Shown here: piece after piece, positions 17,484-24,000 of the stretch
Layout: each line of letters starts with the position of its first letter
How positions within the stretch are numbered: position 1 is the stretch's first letter
Source: Bacteroidales bacterium
Lineage (GTDB): Bacteria; Bacteroidota; Bacteroidia; Bacteroidales; UBA7332
DNA length: 24,000 nt
NCBI GenBank assembly: GCA_963662365.2
Contig: CAXXPA010000009.1
Coordinates: forward strand, 19,419-43,418
Direction of reading: 5' to 3'
Notes under the pieces: model-generated
Told to the model about the DNA's origin: nothing
The model's input: only the letters and a program-made list of their open reading frames with translations
Databases searched by the model: none
Position numbers and translations under genes: made by a program

Positions 17484-17798
17484 ATGAAGTTCAAGACCTT
17501 CCGACATCTGCGTTTTTTTAAAAAGCTTGGCAAGTATCATATCGCTATCGCCATTTTCCTTTTTATCATATTGATCTGGGATGACAACAACATCTTCAAC
17601 CGCATCATGCTGGACCATAAGATCAATCAGCTGCAAAGCGAAATTGAACATTACGAAGGTATTATTCAGGAAAGCACTGACCGGATCAACGAGCTAAAAA
17701 CAAACAGCGACAACCTGGAAAAGTTTGCCCGCGAAAATTATTTAATGAAAAAGAATGACGAAGATATATTTATCGTCGAAGAAGAGGAGAAAAAATGA
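17484..17798 (+). CDS. Septum formation initiator family protein (FtsB/DivIC-like)
   Basis: 104 aa with one N-terminal TM helix (IAIAIFLFIILIW). A coiled-coil segment follows (INQLQSEIEHYEGIIQESTDRINELKT), then the family-typical ARENYLMKKNDEDIF tail. Confidence 0.8.
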   Translation: MKFKTFRHLRFFKKLGKYHIAIAIFLFIILIWDDNNIFNRIMLDHKINQLQSEIEHYEGIIQESTDRINELKTNSDNLEKFARENYLMKKNDEDIFIVEEEEKK

Positions 17799-18130
17799 AA
17801 CCTAAAATCCAGACCCGGATGTTCTACATCTCAGCCGTTTTAGTATTGATTTCAACGGCCCTGTTTATTACAAAATGGACCTACGCACCTCATATGTTTG
17901 CCGTAGGAGCAGCCGGAATAGCCGTATATTATTTCTCCAACCATTACACCGGCACAAACCTGCGACTCAAACGCCTGCACCGGTTTAATATCTTTTCCGG
18001 AACTCTGCTGGTCGTCACCTCGTACCTGATGTTTAAAAACCGGAGTGAGTGGATCGCCACCCTTTCCATCGCTGCTTTTCTGCAATTGTACGTATCCATT
18101 ATTACCGGAATTGAAGAAAAAAAGAAATAA
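17795..18130 (+). CDS. Small hypothetical integral membrane protein (about 4 TM helices)
   Basis: 111-aa ORF whose ATG overlaps the preceding stop (ATGA, 17795-17798). It has four hydrophobic segments: FYISAVLVLISTALFI, MFAVGAAGIAVYYF, IFSGTLLVVTSYLMF and WIATLSIAAFLQLYVSII. I recognise no family. Confidence 0.6.
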   Translation: MKPKIQTRMFYISAVLVLISTALFITKWTYAPHMFAVGAAGIAVYYFSNHYTGTNLRLKRLHRFNIFSGTLLVVTSYLMFKNRSEWIATLSIAAFLQLYVSIITGIEEKKK

Positions 18131-18156
18131 TATTCCGGAACTACTCCCCCATTAAT

Positions 18157-18200
18157 AAAATAGCGCCAATACCGAACAGAAACCGGATTGGCGCTATTTT
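18157..18200. terminator. Bidirectional intrinsic terminator between convergent genes
   Basis: AAAATAGCGCCAAT (18157-18170) pairs perfectly with ATTGGCGCTATTTT (18187-18200) around a 16-nt loop. A-run/T-run flanks provide a U-tail in both orientations. Confidence 0.75.
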
Positions 18201-18220
18201 CATGAATCGCATATCACATT

Positions 18221-18964
18221 TTAAAACAAAAAACCCTGCTCTTTGATTGCCTCCATTAACTCTGTGGAGAACTTTTCAAAGGTGGCTTTTGAGTAACGAA
18301 CATCTGTAAACACCTGCGCCAGATTTTCTTTTCCATTCTCCGCAACAAATTTCTGATTTGCCGGTAGCTCTTCCTTTTCCGCATAATAGCGATCTATATC
18401 AGCTGCCGTATAATCCACGTACCGGTCTTTATGCAGAACCGCCTCCAACGGCAGGCGCTCCACCTGGGCAGGCTCTCCGTCAGGATACCCCACCGTAATT
18501 GTTGCCAACGGAACCACCAGTTTAGGCAGATTCAACACTTTATTGATAGCCTTGGTTGTATATGTAACCGTACCAATATAGCAAACCCCTAACCCCTTAG
18601 CTTCAGCTGCCACACAAAATGTCTGCGCCACCAGCAAGGCGTCAATTGCCGCTGTCACGAATCCCTGAAAGTTATCATACCCCGGGGTTGCATTTCTCAC
18701 CTCACACCACTTTACGAAACGATTAAAGTCAGCACAGAATGTCAGCACCAACGGAGCCTGAGTTATCATCGGCTGATTAAAATGAAGCGGAGACAATTCA
18801 GCTTTTACCTCCTGAGAAGTGGTCGCAATAATACTGTATAGTTGCATATTCCCGGTCGAAGATGTCCGGCACGCTGCCTCCAATAACTCATTCAACAATG
18901 CATCACTTACAGGCTCAGTAGTATATTTCCGTACAGAGCGGCGATTTTTCAGAATATCAATCAT
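18221..18964 (-). CDS. Nitroreductase-family NAD(P)H-flavin oxidoreductase (NfsA/NfrA-like)
   Basis: 247-aa ORF. The N-terminus ILKNRRSVRKYTTEPVSDALLNELLEAACRTSSTGNMQ carries the classic nitroreductase signature. Confidence 0.8.
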   Translation of the reverse strand: MIDILKNRRSVRKYTTEPVSDALLNELLEAACRTSSTGNMQLYSIIATTSQEVKAELSPLHFNQPMITQAPLVLTFCADFNRFVKWCEVRNATPGYDNFQGFVTAAIDALLVAQTFCVAAEAKGLGVCYIGTVTYTTKAINKVLNLPKLVVPLATITVGYPDGEPAQVERLPLEAVLHKDRYVDYTAADIDRYYAEKEELPANQKFVAENGKENLAQVFTDVRYSKATFEKFSTELMEAIKEQGFLF

Positions 18965-18994
18965 CTTATTAGAATGTATTTATGATTCAAAGAT

Positions 18995-19002
18995 CAAAAG
19001 TA
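18995..19002 (-). promoter_or_regulatory. -7 promoter box (TACTTTTG) for the nitroreductase gene
   Basis: Plus-strand caaaagta is TACTTTTG on the minus strand, an exact TAnnTTTG match 30 nt upstream of the ATG at 18964. Confidence 0.45.
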
Positions 19003-19270
19003 TAAAAGTTACCCCAAAACATATACTAACAAATACAAATATACACTAACCAAACCACGTACTTCTAATAGTTTTTATATAGAAAAAGTGCCATCATCGC
19101 TACACCTCCCATCAACACTGACTCTCAACCTTTCAACACCTTAATTTTCAGGCGATTTTCAAATCGGAAAACTTCTCAACAGCCCCAAACAACCTAATCA
19201 CTGATTTCCAGGTATTTAATTTTTAAAACAGAAAACTTATCAACAATAACCCATTTTTAATATTTCAGAT

Positions 19271-19301
19271 TTTGTCAAACAAAATATTCTCTCTATACTT
19301 G
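19271..19301 (+). promoter_or_regulatory. Candidate -33/-7 promoter for the RNR gene
   Basis: TTTG at 19271-19274 and TATACTTG at 19294-19301 (one mismatch to TAnnTTTG) are separated by 19 nt, the spacing expected for Bacteroides-type promoters. This would give a leader of about 65-70 nt. Confidence 0.4.
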
Positions 19302-19374
19302 CAAAACATTTCAAAACCGAGAATCTGATACGTTACACCAACAAGATTAATTTAACAAGTAAAAACATTTAATC

Positions 19375-21906
19375 GTGGAACAAAAAACTTACACTTACGA
19401 TGAAGCCTTCCAGGCCTCGTTAGAGTATTTCAAAGGAGACGAGCTGGCTGCCAGAGTATGGGTGAACAAATACGCCCTTAAGGACTCTTTCGGAAAGATT
19501 TACGAAAAATCGCCCGAAGATATGCACCACCGTCTGGCAAATGAGATTGCCAGAGTGGAAGCAAATTACCCAAATGGTTTGAAGAAAGAGGAACTACTTG
19601 ACCTCCTTCGTGATTTCCGCTATATTGTTCCACAAGGAAGCCCCATGACCGGCATCGGTAACGAATTTCAGGTAGCTTCATTGTCAAACTGCTTTGTTAT
19701 TGGCATGGAGGGTTCTGCCGACTCATACGGCGCTATTATACGTATCGACGAAGAGCAGGTACAACTCATGAAACGTCGCGGTGGCGTTGGCCATGACCTT
19801 TCACATATCCGCCCCAAAGGTTCTCCGGTAAAAAATTCAGCTTTAACCTCTACCGGTGTAGTTCCTTTCATGGAGCGTTATTCCAACTCAACCCGCGAGG
19901 TAGCACAAGACGGCCGTCGTGGCGCCCTGATGCTAAGCGTTTCGATAAAACACCCCGATTCTGAAAGTTTTATCGATGCTAAAATGACAGAAGGAAAAGT
20001 AACCGGTGCAAATGTATCAGTGAAAATTGATGATGACTTTATGAAAGCCATTACCGAAGGCACCCCATACAAACAACAATACCCGGTTAATTCAACCGAC
20101 CCCACCACTGTTAAGGAAATTGACGCCAGCAATCTGTGGAAGAAAATCGTTCACAACGCCTGGCGTTCTGCTGAACCCGGTGTTTTATTCTGGGATACAA
20201 TCATTCGCGAATCAGTACCAGACTGCTACGCCGACCTGGGTTATCAGACTGTTTCAACCAATCCCTGCGGAGAAATCCCCTTGTGTCCGTACGACAGTTG
20301 CCGCCTGCTGGCCGTTAACCTATATTCATATGTGGTAAATCCGTTTACCCAAGAGGCATATTTCGACTTCGACCTTTTCAGAAAACACGCTCAGCTTGCT
20401 CAACGTATCATGGACGATATCATCGACCTCGAAATGGAAAAAATCGAACGTATTCTTGAAAAAATCGATTCTGACCCCGAAAGTGAAGAGGTTAAACAAG
20501 CCGAACGCAAACTTTGGCTTAAAATCCAAAGCAAAACTTTACGCGGACGCCGTACCGGTGTAGGTACCACTGCCGAAGGAGATATGCTTGCTGCACTCGG
20601 ATTACGCTACGGAACCGAAGAGGCTACAACCTTCTCTGAAGAAGTACACAAAACTTTAGCAATCGAAGCCTACCGTTCATCCGTAATTATGGCTAAAGAA
20701 CGCGGAGCTTTCGAGATATTCGATATCAAACGCGAAGAGAACAATCCGTTCATTTCCCGTCTGCGTGAGGCTGATCCGGCATTATTCGAAGAGATGAAAC
20801 AACATGGCCGCAGAAATATCGCCTGTCTGACCATCGCTCCTACCGGCACCACCAGCTTAATGACCCAAACCACCTCCGGTATTGAGCCTGTATTCTTACC
20901 GGTCTACAAACGCCGTCGTAAAGTAAACCCGAACGACACTCAGGTGCGCATCGACTTCATCGACGAAGTAGGTGATGCTTTTGAAGAATATATCGTTTTC
21001 CACCACAAGTTTGTGACCTGGATGGAAGCAAATGGAATTTCCACCACGAAGAAATATACTTCTGCAGAAGTGGATGAACTGGTTGCAAAATCTCCTTACT
21101 ACAAAGCGACCTCAAACGACGTTGACTGGATGCAAAAAGTACGCATGCAGGGACGTATCCAAAAATGGGTTGACCACTCTATCAGTGTAACAATCAACCT
21201 CCCGAACGATGTTTCGGAAGAACTGGTAGGCAAACTTTACGTTGAAGCATGGAAATCAGGCTGTAAAGGATGTACCGTTTACCGTGACGGATCACGCGCC
21301 GGCGTATTAGTAGCTGCCAAAGAAGAAGCTGATGCTCAAAAACCACATATCCATGAAGCTGTAGATATCCGCCCGAAGGAGCTGGACGCCGAAGTCGTAA
21401 AATTCCAGAACAAAAAAGAAAAATGGATTGCATTTGTCGGATTACTCAACGGTCGCCCTTATGAAATATTTACCGGTCTGGCGGATGATGAAGATGGTAT
21501 ATTATTACCCAAAACCGTAATGCACGGAAAAATCATCAAGAATGCAGATGAACATGGCAACAAACGCTATGACTTCCAATATTCAAACCGTCGCGGATAC
21601 AAAACCACAATTGAAGGATTGTCTGACAAATTCAAACCTGAATTCTGGAACTATGCAAAATTAATATCAGGCGTACTACGCTACGGAATGCCTATTGATC
21701 AGGTCCTGAAACTGGTATCAGGCCTGGAACTCGATAGCGAATCAATCAACACCTGGAAAAACGGGGTGGAACGCGCCCTCAAAAAATACCTTCCTAATGG
21801 AACTTTAGCAAAGGGACAGACTTGCCCCAACTGCGGTAATGAATCATTAGTTTATCAGGAAGGCTGTCTCATCTGCACCTCTTGCGGAAACTCAAAATGC
21901 GGATGA
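19375..21906 (+). CDS. nrdJ: Class II (adenosylcobalamin-dependent) ribonucleotide reductase
   Basis: 843-aa ORF starting at GTG. An in-frame TAA at 19360-19362 rules out any upstream ATG. The thiyl-radical loop is STNPCGEIPLCPYDSC, and TIAPTGTTS is present. There is no ATP-cone and no class I NxCSE motif. The C-terminal Cys-rich tail is CPNCGNESLVYQEGCLICTSCGNSKCG. Confidence 0.85.
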   Translation: MEQKTYTYDEAFQASLEYFKGDELAARVWVNKYALKDSFGKIYEKSPEDMHHRLANEIARVEANYPNGLKKEELLDLLRDFRYIVPQGSPMTGIGNEFQVASLSNCFVIGMEGSADSYGAIIRIDEEQVQLMKRRGGVGHDLSHIRPKGSPVKNSALTSTGVVPFMERYSNSTREVAQDGRRGALMLSVSIKHPDSESFIDAKMTEGKVTGANVSVKIDDDFMKAITEGTPYKQQYPVNSTDPTTVKEIDASNLWKKIVHNAWRSAEPGVLFWDTIIRESVPDCYADLGYQTVSTNPCGEIPLCPYDSCRLLAVNLYSYVVNPFTQEAYFDFDLFRKHAQLAQRIMDDIIDLEMEKIERILEKIDSDPESEEVKQAERKLWLKIQSKTLRGRRTGVGTTAEGDMLAALGLRYGTEEATTFSEEVHKTLAIEAYRSSVIMAKERGAFEIFDIKREENNPFISRLREADPALFEEMKQHGRRNIACLTIAPTGTTSLMTQTTSGIEPVFLPVYKRRRKVNPNDTQVRIDFIDEVGDAFEEYIVFHHKFVTWMEANGISTTKKYTSAEVDELVAKSPYYKATSNDVDWMQKVRMQGRIQKWVDHSISVTINLPNDVSEELVGKLYVEAWKSGCKGCTVYRDGSRAGVLVAAKEEADAQKPHIHEAVDIRPKELDAEVVKFQNKKEKWIAFVGLLNGRPYEIFTGLADDEDGILLPKTVMHGKIIKNADEHGNKRYDFQYSNRRGYKTTIEGLSDKFKPEFWNYAKLISGVLRYGMPIDQVLKLVSGLELDSESINTWKNGVERALKKYLPNGTLAKGQTCPNCGNESLVYQEGCLICTSCGNSKCG

Positions 21907-21950
21907 CCGGAAGATATTCCAACTTCAACTTTTCAATTTCAATTTCGAAC

Positions 21951-21989
21951 ACGGCTTTGCTCTTCGGGGCAAGGCCGTTGTTTATTTTA
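21951..21989 (+). terminator. Intrinsic terminator of the RNR gene
   Basis: ACGGCTTTGCTC-TTCG-GGGCAAGGCCGT forms a stem with two G-U pairs and a UUCG tetraloop, followed by TGTTTATTTT. It starts 45 nt after the stop. Confidence 0.75.
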
Positions 21990-22081
21990 CCAACCAGACC
22001 TAAAAATCCTCCAATCTGACATTAACACTTCAAGAATCATTATATAGCCGCGAATCCAGGCCTTTCTTCATTATTTTTTTA

Positions 22082-22089
22082 TATATTTG
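22082..22089 (+). promoter_or_regulatory. -7 promoter box (TATATTTG) for the glucanotransferase gene
   Basis: Exact TAnnTTTG match, 22 nt upstream of the ATG at 22112. Confidence 0.5.
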
Positions 22090-22111
22090 GAAAACACCAA
22101 ACCTTAAAGCT

Positions 22112-24000
22112 ATGATAGAGATTGAATTCCAGATCAACTACCGAACTCATGGTGATGAGAAAGTATGCCTGACCGGATCTGTACCCGAATTAGGTAACAA
22201 TGAAACTGAAAGCGCCTTACCTATGCAATACAGCGGAAACGGAAACTGGGTAACCACACTGAAGTTTGACCATAATGATATCTGGTTCCAATACAACTAT
22301 TGCATTATAATAAATGGAACCATAATCGATAAAGAATGGGGACAGCCACGATCATTCGTATATAATGACACGAATGAATATTACCGTCTTTGCGATCACT
22401 GGCAAACAACTCCGCCCAACAAGCCATTCTTCTCATCCGCCTTTACAAAATATCTTTTTGCACGCACTGGTGTTAAACGGACTAATCCGGAACCCCATCC
22501 TTTTAGAAGAAGTCTTACATTAAGGGTATTTGCCCCCACCATAAGACCCGAGCACACCCTGGCAATACTTGGAAACAATCCAATATTAGGAAACTGGCAG
22601 CCCGAAAACGCTATCTTTCTGAATTCTGATCATTTCCCGAATGGGATGTGACAATCGATCTTACCAATTGCAACACAACATATCTGGAATATAAGTTTGT
22701 ATTGATCAATTCAAAAACCGGACAACTTATCAACTGGGAACCAGGAGCTAACCGGACATTCGATACAGGCATCATATATCTTCGCGAGTCCATTATATTG
22801 AGCGGACTTCAATTCAGAGATCCGCTACCCGGATGGAAAGGTGCCGGTGTAGCCATACCTGTATTTTCATTGAGGACAAAAGAGAGCTTTGGTATTGGTG
22901 AATTCAACGACTTGAAGAAATTAGCAGACTGGACTGCAATTACAGGGCAAAAAATCATCCAGATTTTACCCATAAATGACACAACCATGAATCACAACTG
23001 GCATGATTCATATCCCTATAACACAAACTCTATATTTGCTCTACACCCAATCTACCTTAATCCTTTTAAAATTGGTATATTAAAAAATAAAAGAAGAGTT
23101 GCTTATTTTGAAAAAAAGAAAGCAGAACTCAATGATTTAAACGCAATTAACTACGAAGCCGTCAGCCAGGTCAAATGGGAATATTTCCATGAAATATTCA
23201 GGCAAGAAGGAGAAAAGACCCTCGCTACATCAGAGTTCAAAGTATTTTTCGAATCCAATAAAGAATGGCTTATCCCTTATGGCGCATATTGCTATCTACG
23301 GGATAAGAACGAAACTCCGGATTTCAGACTATGGCATAATTACACCAATTTCAATCCAAGAAACATAACCAACCTTAGTTGTTGCAGATCGGTTGCATAC
23401 CCCGCTATTGCATTACATTACTTCCTGCAATTTCATTTACACCTACAATTACAGGAAGCCGTTGAATATATCCATAAGCAAGGAGTAGTCCTCAAAGGTG
23501 ACATCCCAATAGGTATCAGCCCAACCAGCGTAGAGGCATGGACTGAGCCTCACTATTTCAACATGGATGGACAGGCAGGAGCTCCACCAGACGACTTTTC
23601 CGTTAACGGACAGAACTGGGGATTCCCAACCTATAATTGGGATAATATGGGAAACGACGGCTATCGTTGGTGGATATGTCGTTTTCGCAAAATGGCAGAC
23701 TATTTCGACGCCTACCGCATTGATCATATACTAGGTTTTTTTCGGATATGGGAAGTTCCGGTTAATGCCGTTCATGGCTTATTGGGTCATTTTAGTCCTG
23801 CCCTTCCTCTTTCAACTACAGAAATTGAAAGATGGGGGCTTCAGTTTAACACAAAACTAGTTACTCCATATATCAGGGAATATATGCTGGAGGAGATCTT
23901 TGGTGAATATTCAGCAGAAGTAATGACTTTATTCCTAATTCATAAAACCGATGACGAATTTATATTAAAACCTGAGGTTGATACCCAGAAAAAAGCACAA
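22112..24000 (+). pseudogene. malQ: 4-alpha-glucanotransferase (GH77 amylomaltase) with two N-terminal CBM20-like starch-binding modules. A single-base frameshift near 22633-22640 interrupts it, and the 3' end lies off the right edge.
   Basis: Frame A (22112-22651) encodes CBM20-like sequence (IEFQINYRTHGDEKVCLTGSVPELGNN...NWVTTL..) and the first half of a second module (LRVFAPTIRPEHTLAILGNNPILGNWQP). It stops at ..DHFPNGM*. The -1 frame is open from 22630 to the window end; I hand-translated 22801-24000 and found no stops. That frame continues seamlessly: EWDVTIDLTNCNTTYLEYKFVLINSKTGQLINWEPGANRTF, then GH77 motifs GAGVAIPVFSLRTKESFGIGEF, ILPINDT, GDIPIGIS, GAPPDDFS..GQNWGFP and the nucleophile context YRIDHILGFFRIWEVP. 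Confidence 0.85.

Noticed and set aside
18965-19374. Cobalamin riboswitch or NrdR boxes upstream of the B12-dependent RNR
   Set aside because: The region is AT-rich, has no GC-rich helices or B12-box-like core, and has no 16-bp palindromes of the NrdR type. I found only direct repeats, reported separately. An Infernal or Rfam scan would be decisive.
21917-21950. Short tandem CAAyTT-type repeats (ccaacttcaacttttcaatttcaatttcgaac) after the RNR stop
   Set aside because: There are only about 4 imperfect hexamer copies in the stop-to-terminator spacer. This fits low-complexity AT-rich sequence, and no function is suggested.
1-24000. Search for CRISPR arrays, rRNA/tRNA genes, transposases, integrases, toxin-antitoxin pairs or known defence-system genes
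   Set aside because: No regularly spaced repeats, no recombinase or transposase-like ORFs, and no terminal inverted repeats were seen. Every large ORF has a plausible housekeeping or PUL assignment.

Overview
This window looks like an ordinary chromosomal segment of a Bacteroidota (Bacteroidales-like) genome. The evidence is a SusC/SusD pair, a hybrid two-component sensor, many lipoprotein signal peptides, and repeated TAnnTTTG -7 promoter boxes with no Shine-Dalgarno sequences. From left to right, 1-11235 (minus strand) is a compact polysaccharide utilisation locus (PUL). It encodes an unknown lipoprotein, SusC, SusD and an arabinanase-like GH43, followed by a terminator. Next comes a separately promoted HTCS sensor/regulator that runs off the left edge. 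A stand-alone beta-eliminating lyase follows at 11712-13178 (minus); its specificity residues look more like tyrosine phenol-lyase than tryptophanase. A minus-strand housekeeping string follows: dnaX, an M48 lipoprotein peptidase and murF (13397-17322). The plus strand then carries an FtsB/DivIC-like gene translationally coupled to a small 4-TM protein. After that come a convergent nitroreductase, a class II (AdoCbl-type) ribonucleotide reductase with a GTG start and a Cys-rich C-terminal tail, and a CBM20-CBM20-GH77 4-alpha-glucanotransferase. That last gene is broken by a single-base frameshift and runs off the right edge. I found several clean intrinsic terminators. I found no CRISPR array, rRNA/tRNA gene, transposase/integrase or recognisable defence system. 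I cannot support a claim that this window holds a new multi-gene system. The items most worth follow-up are (a) the 562-aa PUL lipoprotein with a duplicated, unassigned Trp-rich module, (b) the TPL-like lyase, (c) the malQ frameshift, which sits exactly on a formal X_XXY_YYZ heptamer, and (d) a repeated motif upstream of the RNR gene. All functional calls come from reading the translations by eye and recalling family motifs; no database search was run.
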